Both the position numbers and the translations under genes were made by a program. Shown here in pieces: positions 1-10,134 of a stretch of DNA of 64,000 bases. Origin of the DNA: Octopus vulgaris (taxonomy: Eukaryota); NCBI GenBank assembly GCA_951406725.2, contig OX597841.1:6076001-6140000 (forward strand), given 5' to 3'. The notes under the pieces were generated by a model that was given only the letters and a program-made list of their open reading frames with translations, was not told the origin of the DNA and did no database searches. Position 1 is the stretch's first letter; the number at the start of each line of letters is the position of its first letter.

Positions 1-786
1 TAATTGACCTTTCTGAGAGAATGATTTACCACAGAAATCACAGCAAAATGGTTTCTCTCCCGTATGAATACGTTTGTGAGAAGTTAAATTACAGTTTGCA
101 GAGAATGATCTGCCACAGATATCACACTGAAATGGCTTCTCTCCTGTGTGAATACGATTGTGAATAATGAAGTTGCTTCCATCAGAAAATGATTTGCCAC
201 AAATATCACAGTGATATGGCTTCTCCCCTGTATGACTGCGTTTGTGTTTAGTTAAATTACCACTTGAAGAGAATGATTTACCACAGATATCACAATGATA
301 TGGTATTTCTCCTGTATGAGTACGTTTGTGCATAGTTAAATTACAGCCTTGAGAGAATGATTTACCACAGATATCACAGTGAAATGGCCTCTCTCCTGTG
401 TGAGTACGTTTGTGAATAATTAAGGTATTGTTATCAAGTGATGTTTTACCACAGATATCACAGTGATATGGTTTCTCTCCTAGGTGAATACACCTGTAAT
501 TAGTTAAATTACAGCTTGTAGAGAATGATTCACCAGAGATATTACAGTGAAATGTTATTTCTCCTGTGTAAGTTTTTGAGTAATTAAGGCACTTCAATCA
601 AAACATTGATTTACCATAAATATCACAGTGAAATGGTCTCCCTCTCGTATGAATACATGAACAGTTAATTCGCAACTTCTTGAGAACGATTTTCCACAAA
701 TGGTACACTCGTATGGTTTCTATCCAGTATAAATCTGTTTGTAATTGATGAAGGTATTTCTCTCAGAGAATGGTTTACCACAAATA
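1..786 (-). pseudogene. C2H2 finger relics downstream of the ZNF-A stop: decayed at 481-786, intact and open at 1-480, running off the window edge
   Basis: 84-bp finger periodicity continues past the stop. 1-480 reverse-complements almost exactly to 11071-11550 of ZNF-B. 481-786 shows lost Cys/His residues and indels. Confidence 0.85.
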
Positions 787-2586
787 TCAGACATATGGGT
801 TCTCTCCTCTATGACAGCACTTGTGTTTAGCCAAGCCACTGCATGCAGAGAATGATTTACCACAGACATCACAGTGATATGGCTTCTCCCCTGTATGACT
901 GCGTTTGTGTGTAGTTAATACAATATTTTGAGAGAATGATTTACCACAGACATCACAATGATATGGCTTCTCCCCTGTATGACTGCGTTTGTGTAGAGTT
1001 AAAGTACCATTTGCAGAGAAGGATTTACCACAAATATCACAGTGAAATGGTTTCTCTCCTGTATGAACACGTCTGTGTTTGGTTAAATTACTGCTTGTAA
1101 TGAATGATTTACCACAGATTTCACAGCCAAATGGTTTCTCTCCTGTATGAGTTCGTCTGTGTTTGGTTAAATTACTGCTTGAAGAGAATAATTTACCACA
1201 GATATTACAGTGAAATGGCTTGACCCCTGTATGACTGCGTTTGTGCTTAGCTAAATTACCGCTTGCAGAAAAGGATTTGCCACAGATATCACACTGATAT
1301 GGCATGTTTCCTGAATGAATACGTTCGTGTCTAGTTCTGTCACTATTTATAGAAAATGATTTACCACAGATATCACAATGGAACGGTTTCTCTCCTGTAT
1401 GAAAACGTTTGTGTGTAGATAAGTTAGCACTTTGAGAGAATGATTTACCACAAATATTACAGGGAAATGGCTTCTCCCCTGTATGGACGCGTTTGTGCTG
1501 AGTTAAGGTACTGTTTGCAGAGAATGATTTACCACAGACATCACAATGAAATGGCTTCTCTCCTGTATGAATATGCTTGTGTTTGGTTAAGTCGCCACTT
1601 GCAGAGAATGATTTACCACAAATTTCACAGTGAAATGGCTTCTCTCCTGTATGAGTACGTTTGTGTTTAGTTAAGTCGCCACTTGCAGAGAATGGTCTGC
1701 CACAGATATTACAGTGGAACGGTGTGTTTCCAGAATGAATACGTTCATGTTGAGTTCTACTACTATTTCTAGAGAATGCTTTACCGCAGATTTCACAGTG
1801 AAATGGTCTTTCACCTGTATGAACACGTTTATGTTTAGTTACGTGATTGTTTTGAGAGAATGATTTACCACAGGTATCACACTGAAATGGCTTCTCACCT
1901 GTATGAACACGAATGTGTTTTGTTAATGCAATATTTTGAGAGAATGATTTACCACAGACATCACAATGATATGGCTTCTCCCCTGTATGACTGCGTTTGT
2001 GTTTAGTTAAAGTACCATTTGCAGAGAAGGATTTACCACAAATATCACAGTGAAATGGTTTCTCTCCTGTATGAACACGTTTGTGATTAGTTAAATTACC
2101 ATTTTCAGAGAATGATTTACCACAAATATCACAGTGAAATGGTTTCTCTCCTGTATGAATACGCTTGTGTTTAGTTAATACAATATTTTGAGAGAATGAT
2201 TTACCACAGATATCACAATGATATGGCTTCTCTCCTGTATGAATATGCTTGTGATTAGTTAAATTACCATTTGCAGAGAATGATTTACCACATATTTCAC
2301 AGTGAAATGGCTTTTCTCCCGTATGAATACGTTTGTGATTAGTTAAATTACCATTTGCAGAGAATGATTTACCACAGATATCACAATGATATGGCTTCTC
2401 CCCTGTATGAATACGCTTGTGATTAGTTAAATTACCATTTTCAGAGAATGATTTGCCACAGATATCACAGTGAAATGGTTTTTCTCCTGTATGAATACAC
2501 TTGTGTTTAGTTAAGTCCAATCTCTGAGAGATTGCTTTACCACAGATATCACAATGATATAATGATTTTCCCATATTGTTCGACAT
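787..2586 (-). CDS. ZNF-A, tandem C2H2 zinc-finger protein (~21 fingers, no effector domain)
   Basis: 599-aa ORF of CxxC-x12-HxxxH units with TGEKP linkers. Splice acceptor at 2968-2969. The stop arises from an apparent 2-bp deletion in finger 22. Confidence 0.93.
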   Translation of the reverse strand: MSNNMGKSLYHCDICGKAISQRLDLTKHKCIHTGEKPFHCDICGKSFSENGNLTNHKRIHTGEKPYHCDICGKSFSANGNLTNHKRIHTGEKPFHCEICGKSFSANGNLTNHKHIHTGEKPYHCDICGKSFSQNIVLTKHKRIHTGEKPFHCDICGKSFSENGNLTNHKRVHTGEKPFHCDICGKSFSANGTLTKHKRSHTGEKPYHCDVCGKSFSQNIALTKHIRVHTGEKPFQCDTCGKSFSQNNHVTKHKRVHTGERPFHCEICGKAFSRNSSRTQHERIHSGNTPFHCNICGRPFSASGDLTKHKRTHTGEKPFHCEICGKSFSASGDLTKHKHIHTGEKPFHCDVCGKSFSANSTLTQHKRVHTGEKPFPCNICGKSFSQSANLSTHKRFHTGEKPFHCDICGKSFSINSDRTRHERIHSGNMPYQCDICGKSFSASGNLAKHKRSHTGVKPFHCNICGKLFSSSSNLTKHRRTHTGEKPFGCEICGKSFITSSNLTKHRRVHTGEKPFHCDICGKSFSANGTLTLHKRSHTGEKPYHCDVCGKSFSQNIVLTTHKRSHTGEKPYHCDVCGKSFSACSGLAKHKCCHRGENPYV

Positions 2587-3174
2587 CTTTTAGATGGATG
2601 AAAATAGACCCAATCCTTGGCCTTTCTCACCAAATTAAAGTTTTACTCCTATCTTTATCCTTCTTTTTATAGTTTATTCCTTACAAATATTTCCACTGCA
2701 AACTTCACTGATATCTAAAGATGCTATAAATTAAGAAAGTCATCAAAGAGTAACGAGAATGCAAAGCATCAGCTAATGAAATAGAAAAATGTTGCTATTA
2801 ATCTCAGTTCTGAGCAAACATTTCATAGAATTTCTACCAAAGATTTATAGAAATAGGCTTAGATGCGTTCTGTGTAAACTTTTCCTCAAGACTTTAAAAG
2901 ATGAAAAATGTTGAAGATGTATTCATTATAAAAGAAAATTTCTTTGATGCCAATGTCATCCGTAAATCTGAAATAATAAAGAAACAGAATTAGATAGAGA
3001 GGAAAGATCAAAAGAGAAATGTTACAATATTTCTTTATTAATTAACAAATGACATCATATAACATTGGGTGAAATGTAAGAATTTGTAAACTATAGCTAC
3101 ACCTTCAAATTGTGTGAAGAGCTGATCTCTAACTATGGAGGGGATCTGTGGGATAGGTATATATATATATTTGT

Positions 3175-3265
3175 ACATATTCTAAAATTGGAATGACATA
3201 CAGAAGATTAGCATGGCCCCTGCACAAGGATGACATGCAAATTCGCGAAGAGCTCCATATTTTTT
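3175..3265 (+). pseudogene. U6: 5'-truncated U6 snRNA pseudogene
   Basis: ACATATtCTAAAATTGGAA...AGAAGATTAGCATGGCCCCTGCaCAAGGATGACAtGCAAATTCGcGAAGaGcTCCATATTTTTT matches U6 from about nt 18 to the 3' end. The ACAGAGA box is mutated and the 5' stem-loop is absent. Confidence 0.9.
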
Positions 3266-3399
3266 CACAGGCGGTGCCCCAGCAAGGCCACAGCCTTAAG
3301 GCTGGATCATATAAAAGAGTAAGGGAGATTTGGCTGTTGTTTCTAGCACATCATAACACTACCCTCCTCCTTTACTTCTAACTTTCGCATATATTTATG

Positions 3400-3600
3400 A
3401 AATCTTTTCGGTTTGAACGGCAGTTTTTTTAAATAATTTCCACGTAACTAAACACTTTTAAACTTCGTATACTGGTAGAATGTGTTTATAAAACATCTTC
3501 TTCTCTTGGCTTTATTGAGAAAATTCTATAGTTTGTAAGATATTTGTTGTTGTTTTTTCTTCAATTTCAACCAATCACTGACGTCTATTGAGGTAAAAAA
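3400..3600. mobile_element. Partial copy of the GGATCTTTTC-ended MITE family
   Basis: Shares TCTTTTC..TTTGAACGGCAG...AAACTTCGTATACTGGTAGAATG with the copies at 13376, 18653, 44749 and 45608. Confidence 0.65.
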
Positions 3601-3733
3601 AAAAACCCCACTCTCCAAGAGTCCTTATCATTTATAAACTATCTTGCCTCTCTCACACCAACACCTCAAACTCCTTGGCTAAAGAAAGTTATGACCAAAG
3701 ATATTGTAAATTTCTAGAAGCCACTGTGTATAT

Positions 3734-3934
3734 CAGTGCTTTTCAAACTTTTTGCTGGAGGGGAACCCCAAGGAAACATTCCACTGGCTCGAGGAACCCC
3801 TGTGCAATAATTTAATAGTCTTATGCACACATATCTGCACAGGAGAATTAAAAATTACTACCGATTTTAGCAGTTTTGTAACTTCTTGCGGAACCTCTGG
3901 ACTGTACTGGCGGAACCCTGGTTGAAAACCACTG
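3734..3934. mobile_element. hAT-type MITE
   Basis: Termini CAGTGCTTTTCAA / TTGAAAACCACTG, flanked by a perfect 8-bp TSD GTGTATAT (3726-3733, 3935-3942). Confidence 0.85.
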
Positions 3935-3967
3935 GTGTATATAGATAAACAAGACTTGCTTGGAGAC

Positions 3968-4175
3968 TTGCATTCGGTACGATATGTTTATTTTGGTAGT
4001 TTTGACTTTAAGAGTCCCTCCTAGCGTGGGGCATTTATGTGTAATAATGCCCTCTATATAATATATATATATATATATATTTGCATTCGGTACGATATGT
4101 TTATTTTGGTAGTTTTGACTTTAAGAGTCCCTCCTAGCGTGGAGCATTTATGTGTAACACTGCCCTCTATATAAT
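3968..4175. repeat. Direct duplication of ~95 bp separated by (TA)n
   Basis: TTGCATTCGGTACGATATG...TGCCCTCTATATAATA at 3968 and 4081. Confidence 0.85.
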
Positions 4176-4277
4176 ACAAATAAATAAATCCAAGTGGAAA
4201 AAATTTACAGATTTTTTTCTCTTATGAAGATTTTATCCTATTTCTAAATTACAGATAAACATGTATGTATATCTTAC

Positions 4278-4445
4278 CTGTTATACAAATCAGTATTTAG
4301 TGCGAAAATAGATTTGATTTCACCAAATCTCTGTCAAGAGAAGCAAGACACATCGATGCTGTTCTCGGCATCCAAAAGGTTTGCAGCGGAAATGGAAGCA
4401 CTTAGCATCAAGGGACTAAACTACCGTCTCCGCTCTCTAGTAATG
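4278..4445 (-). promoter_or_regulatory. Putative promoter and non-coding exon 1 of ZNF-A (type 1)
   Basis: Donor CAG|GTAAGA at 4278/4277. Homologous to 13745-13898 upstream of ZNF-C (TTACTAGAGAGC.GAGAC...GTCCCTTG...CTTCC.TTTCCG.TGCAA). Confidence 0.65.
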
Positions 4446-4612
4446 TCTAATTTAATCAACTTCATCACCTGCTAATTGTCTAATTTAATCTGTTTTAATC
4501 TAACTTAATCTATTTTAATCTAATTTAATCGTTTGCACGCCTAAACTGATGTAAAGTGAGTAATGATTAATATAAGAACGGTCTTCTCTTTAACTGCGTG
4601 GAATGTGAATAT

Positions 4613-5365
4613 ATCTGTTTCTTTATTGCCCTCAAAGGGGCTAAACACAGAGGGAGCAAACAAGGACACACAAAGGGATTGAGTCGATTATATCGACCCC
4701 AGTGCGTAACTGGTACTTAATTTATCGGCCCCGAAAGGATGAAAGGCAAAGTCGACCTCGGCGGAATTTGAACTCTGAACGTAACGGCAGACGAAATACC
4801 TATTTCTTTGCTACCCACAAGGGGCTAAACACAGAGAGAACAGACAAAGGGATTAAATCGATCACATCGACCCCAGTGCGCAACTGGTACTTAATTTATC
4901 GACCCCGAAAGGATGAAAGGCAAAGTCGACCTCGGCGGAATTTGAACTCTGAACGTAACGGCAGACGAAATACCTATTTCTTTACTACCCACAAGAGGCT
5001 AAACACAGAGGGGACAAACAAGGACGGACAAAGGGATTAAATCGATTACATCGACCCCAGTGCGCAACTGGTACTTAATTTATCGACCCTGAAAGGACGA
5101 AAGGCAAAGTCGACCTCGGCGGAATTTGAACTCTGAACGTAACGACAGACGAAATACCTATTTCTTTACTACCCACAAGGGGCCAAACAGAGACGGGACA
5201 AACAAGGACAGACAAAACGGATTAAGTCGATTACATCGACTTCTTCGACTGCATGAGGAAATTAAATTTTCAACCTCGGCGGAATTTGAACTTTGAACGT
5301 AAAGGCAGACGAAATACAGCTACGCATTTCGCCCGGCGCGCTAACGATTCTGCCAGCTCGCCACC
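4613..5365 (-). mobile_element. SINE (family 2, GTTCAAATTCC B-box, CCTTTCATCCTTTCGGGGTCGATAAA core) with ~180-bp internal tandem amplification (~3.5 units)
   Basis: Repeated ACTGGTACTTAATTTATCGACCCCGAAAGGATGAAAGGCAAAGTCGACCTCGGCGGAATTTGAAC units; the tRNA-like head occurs once at ~5280-5365. Confidence 0.8.
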
Positions 5366-5569
5366 TTTGAATCTGTGAATATATCGTAAAGAGGGACCTA
5401 CTGCAGATCGCGAAGAGGTTGTGGAGAATATTTTACGTTGATTTCTGTATTTATTTAGTCGAGTTTCCTTAATTTCATATCGTACCATTTTCACCAGATT
5501 TAGTTTTCGTTTGACCAAAATACTAAAAGTTTTTATGCATCTCACTTTTTCTGCCAATCCTCTACCATA

Positions 5570-5786
5570 ACCAAATTTGGTCGGTACTATTTAAGAAGAG
5601 TGGTCCCGGTGCGCGCACTCACGTACTCACGCATCCGGGCTAGCTAGTCGTGACTGCTCGATCCTTACTTTGTGTTTTTGTGTTTTATTTACTTTGCTAG
5701 GTAGTCGTTGTAGGATCGACTGGTCACGACTAGGTAACGCGAGTGCGCGCACCGGGACCACTCTTTTTAAGTAGTACGAATTTGGT
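5570..5786. mobile_element. MITE with ~45-bp GC-rich terminal inverted repeats
   Basis: GTACTATTTAAGAAGAGTGGTCCCGGTGCGCGCACTC versus GAGTGCGCGCACCGGGACCACTCTTTTTAAGTAGTAC. Confidence 0.75.
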
Positions 5787-6012
5787 CTCCTAGAACCTCC
5801 TGGGATTTGAGAGTGTCTGATTCTCCTGTGTCCTGAGTGATTATTGTTCCTGCACATTTGCCACATACAAAGACGGCCTCATCTCTTACTCTGCATGTAA
5901 TTCCACTGTACCTCTTATATGTCCATAGCTTACACTAGGCGTAGTGAATAGAATTACTTACAATTCCGTTTTTTTCATAACGAGCATGGCCGTTTTACCT
6001 GACGGAAACTCT

Positions 6013-6400
6013 TTACTCTTTTGCTTGTTTCAGTCATTTGACTGCGGCCATGCTGGAGCACCGCCTTCAGTCGAGCAAATCGACCCAGGGACTTATTCTT
6101 TTGTAAGCCCAGTACTTATTCTATCGGTCTCCTTTTGCCGAACCGCAAAGTAACGGGGACATAAACACGCCAGCATCGGTTGTCAAGCAATGCTTGGGGG
6201 GACAAACACAGACACACACGCATATATATACACATATATACGACGGGCTTCTTTCAGTTTCCGTCAACCAAATCCACTCACAAGGCTTTGGTCGGCCCGA
6301 GGCTATAGTAGAAGACACTTGCCCAAGGTGCCACGCAGTGAGACTGAACCCGGAACCATGTGGTTGGTAGACAAGCTACTTACCACACAGCCACTCCTGA
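6013..6400 (-). mobile_element. tRNA-derived SINE (family 1, CORE-like), full length
   Basis: Head GGAGTGGCTGTGTGGTAAG..GGTTCAGTC, CCTTGGGCAAGTG core, internal TA/TG microsatellite, tail GGCGGTGCTCCAGCATGGCCGCAGTCAAATGACTGAAAC. Confidence 0.85.
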
Positions 6401-6500
6401 GTCTTATCTGCTGTCTTTGCTAACAACAACATCACTAGGTTAACTTTAAGGTCCTTTGATTCCAGGTTTTGCTTCTGTGCCTGAAATTTCTTTCCCAGGT

Positions 6501-6830
6501 ATGAGGAACATTAATCACTTGGACATTCCTAACACAACCGTTTTTAACAATTTACGTACATTTAGAGAGACATGGAAGTGAGAAAGCTGTAGCGAAATAT
6601 ATGCCTGAATTGTGGTTGTGAGATTTGTAGGGAATACATTCTCTTTAGAACGTGAAATCTTCATACACAAAGAAATACAGAGGAAGGGAAAATTCTCATC
6701 TTGTCATTGACAAATATAGTCACACTAGAGAGAAACCGTTCCACTGTGCAAGATGTGTGACATGATTTTCTTTTCAATCTGTTCTTCTTGGCCATAAACA
6801 GTCATGCAGGAGACAGATGTTAGAATTATG
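6501..6830 (+). pseudogene. Decayed ZNF pseudogene of the ZNF-H subfamily
   Basis: ATGAGGAACATTAATCACTTGGAC aligns with the ZNF-H start ATGATGGACATTAATCAATGGGAC. Further matches: CCTGAAT.TGG.TGTGAGATTTG and AATCTGTTCTTCTT..CCATAAAC..AGTCATGC.GGAGACAG. Contains stops and deletions. Confidence 0.7.
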
Positions 6831-6886
6831 AAACGCATAAATACTCTACACAAAGACAAAATTGTTTTAACTTTCTACCATTCTAT

Positions 6887-7060
6887 GGCGCAGGAGTGGC
6901 TGTGTGGTAAGTAGCTTGTTTACCAACCACACAGTTCCGGGTTCAGTCCCACTGCGTGGCACCTTGGGCAAGTGTCTTCTACTATAGCCTCGGGCCGACC
7001 AAAGCCTTGTGAGTGGATTGGGTAGAAGGAAACTGAAAGAAGCCCGTCGTATATATATGT
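6887..7060 (+). mobile_element. SINE family 1, 5' half, ending at the Tc1 insertion
   Basis: GGCGCAGGAGTGGCTGTGTGG head to GAAGCCCGTCG(TA)n. Confidence 0.85.
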
Positions 7061-7061
7061 A

Positions 7062-8736
7062 CACTTGCGTCGGAAATTAATTAGCACTTCTCAAATTTCT
7101 ACATTTTCTTACATTTTCTTAATTTAATTAACTTATTATCAGAAACGAACTCGTTTTTAATCAAAAATTTATTAAAACATATCCCAGCACACCACATAAT
7201 TGTTATTAATCGTGAAATTTAGTCAATATCTTGTTGCTCCTCCTTTGGCAGCAATGACAGCTGCTATGCGGGTCGGCATGCTGTCTATGAGTGCCTGCAG
7301 GTACTGTGCAGGGATGGCCCTCCATGCAGCAAGAAGTGCCCCAAACAGCTTGTGTCGGTTCCTGTATTGCTGCACATTCAAATCCCTACCCAATCGACTC
7401 CAGAGGTTCTCAATAGGGTTCAGGTCAGGTGACTGGCCAGGCCAGTCCATGACCGTCACCCCATGGTCCTTGACGAAACTGGTTGTGAGCTTGGCTGTGT
7501 GGGAAGGCGCGTTGTCCTGCTGGAGCACGTACTCCTCGCCACCAAAGAGGTATCCCGTACTATCTCAACGTACTTTGCTGCGTTGATGTTGCCTTCGACG
7601 GCATAGAGCCGCCCAACACCACTGTAGCTGAACGCCCCTCACACCATCAGACCACCCCCACCATGCTTCATGGTGGGAGCAATGCAGTCTTTGTTGAAGC
7701 GCTCACCCCTGCGGTGTCGCACATGGACAGGCTTGTCACTGACGAGACTGAATTGCGACTCGTCAGTGAACATCACTGTCCACTACTGCTGCACAGTCCA
7801 TGTGTTGTGGGCTGTAAGGAGCGGCTTATGGGCGGCCCTACAGGATTTTAGACCAGCTTCCAGTAATCTGGTCTTGACGGTAGTTGTAGACAACTGCTTC
7901 CCTGTCATCTTTTGCATCTCCTCCGCCAGTTGCTGGCTCGTTGCCCTTCGGTTGTACAGTAACTTTTGGATCAGCATCCGGTCCTCCCGCTGGGTCGTCA
8001 GCCTCTTCTGTCCCCTACCCTTTTTGTCAGCTGCTGATCCGGTTTCCTCGTATTTCTTAAATTAGCACTGAATTGTGCGCCTGGCTACACCAAGTTTTCT
8101 GGCTATTGCAGCCTCCGACAGCTTCCCACGCCACGAGAGAGCCTCGTACCGTCTCTCCAAGGTCATGCGAGGTCTTGGGCCCATCTAGGAATGAACGATA
8201 AAAACCAGTTATTTTCATTAAAACTATTCATTTGAATAATGTTATGCTATAACAAAACTGCTATGAGTTATTATTCATTAAACAAAAAAGAAAGAAAGCA
8301 GAATTTCTCACCTTATTTGATGTATAACAGAAAGTTTTGTGAACCGGAAGTGACATCATCAAGCAGAGTGTAGGAGAATTTGTGAGGAAAAAAAATCTTG
8401 CAAATACACAAATCAATTAACCTACGAGCTGTTCAAAACGTCTTACGCGATGAGAAAACTTAGTACGGTGTGATTTCGGTCCTTGCGAGGCGCTACCTAT
8501 ATCTATTAAACAAAGGAAGATTTGTCTGCATCCGCACTCCAAGTTGTTGTTGCACTGCTATGTCAACATCATTAGGCTGTAGACTCTCAAACTGCTCTGC
8601 AAACAAAGTTACGTCATCGTTCTGCGCAACAGTGAACTCACAACAAAGCAATAGTTCGAGATATGGCCACTAGGTGACAGCAAATACCTTGAGTGAAGAG
8701 CAAATCAAGGGTGCTAATTAATTTCTGACGGTAGTG
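7062..8736 (-). mobile_element. Full-length defective Tc1-family DNA transposon
   Basis: TIRs CACTTGCGTCGGAAATTAATTAGCAC / GTGCTAATTAATTTCTGACGGTAGTG with TA on both sides; transposase inside. Confidence 0.92.
7223..8184 (-). pseudogene. Tc1 DD34E transposase with stop codon and frameshifts
   Basis: HTH region (IARKLGVARRTI, ETGS..GRG.KRLTT.REDR) and QQDNAPSH-...-WPGQSPDLNPIENLW with 34 residues between D and E; split over several ORFs. Confidence 0.9.
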
Positions 8737-8924
8737 TATATAGACGTAGGAGTGGCTGTGTGGTAAGTAGCTTGCTTACCAACAGCAAATGAGGAGATCA
8801 AATTTTCCAGTAAGAAACTTCTTTACGACTATTTACCGTTCTAGGTTTAGTATAGTCCTTAAGAATGTTGGTTTTCTCTATTTGGCAGAGTTTGAGGAGC
8901 TGTCCACAAGGCTTTGACTTTTCA

Positions 8925-9550
8925 TCATCATCATCATTTAACGTCCGCTTTCCATACTAGCATGGGTTGGATGGTTCAACTGGGGTCTGGGGAGCCCGAA
9001 GGCTGCACCAGGCCAGTCAGATCTGGCAGTGTTTCTACAGCTGGATGCCCTTCCTAACGCCAACCACTCCGAGAGTGTAGTGGGTGATTTTATGTGCCAC
9101 CGACACAGGTGCCAGACGAGGCTGGCGAACGGCCATGCTCGGATGGTGCTTTTTTTGTGCCACCGACACAGGTGCCAGACGAGGCTGGCGGACGGCCATG
9201 CTCGGATGGTGCTTTTTTTGTGCCACCGACACAGGTGCCAGACGAGGCTGGCGGACGGCCACGCTCGGATGGTGATTTTCATGTGCCACCGACACAGGTG
9301 CCAGACGAGGCTGGCGGACGGCCACGCTCGGATGGTGTTTTTTATGTGCCACCGACACAGGTGCCAGACGAGGCTGGCGGACGGCCACGCTCGGATGGTG
9401 TTTTTTATGTGCCACCGACACAGGTGCCAGACGAGGCTGGCGAACGGCCACTCTCGGATGGTGTTTTTTATGTGCCACCGACACAGGTGCCAGACGAGGC
9501 TGGCGGACGGCCACACTCGGATGGTGTTTTTTATGTGCCACCGACACATA
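8925..9550 (-). mobile_element. 5'-truncated (GAT)n-tailed retroposon (RTE-like tail) with 7 tandem 63-bp modules
   Basis: Tail GGAAAGCGGACGTTAAATGATGATG, body GTTGGCGTTAGGAAGGGCATCCAGC; 63-bp period (CAGGTGCC at 9106, 9169 ... 9484). Confidence 0.85.
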
Positions 9551-10134
9551 AATGTATATATGTGTCGGTGGCACATATATACAAGCATACACACAATGTG
9601 AAGGTGTGACTGTAATTTATGAATATGTAGATTTCACCCAATGTTATATGATGTCATTTGTTAATTAATCAAGAAATATTGTAACATTTCTCTTTTGATC
9701 TCTCCTCTCTATCTAATTCTGTTTCTTTATTATTTCAGATTTACGGATGACATTGGCATCAAAGAAATTTCCTTTTATAATGAATACATCTTCAACATTT
9801 TTCATCTTTTAAAGTCTTGAGGAAAAGTTTACACAGAACGCATCTAAGCCTATTTCTATAAATCTTTGTTAGAAATTCTATGAAATGTTTGCTCTGAACT
9901 GAGATTAATAGCAACATTTTTCTATTTCATTAGCTGATGCTTTGCATTCTCGTTACTCTTTGATGACTTTCTAAATTTATAGCATCTTTAGATATCAGTG
10001 AAGCTCACAGTTGATCACATTGAAAATATTTGTAAGGAATAAACTATAAAAAGAAGAAGAAGGAGAAATACACAGGAAAAATTTAATGTGGTGAGAAACT
10101 TCAAGGTCTGGGTCTATTTTCATTTGTCTAAGAG

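Noticed and set aside
1440-1670. MIYH...MASLLYEY ORFs antisense to ZNFs (many)
   Set aside because: Shadow frames of the finger repeat.
3175-3265. Functional U6 gene
   Set aside because: 5' stem-loop missing and ACAGAGA box mutated.
8938-9609. Several 170-218-aa ORFs on both strands
   Set aside because: Artefacts of a stop-free 63-bp repeat; the same holds for 61986-62573.
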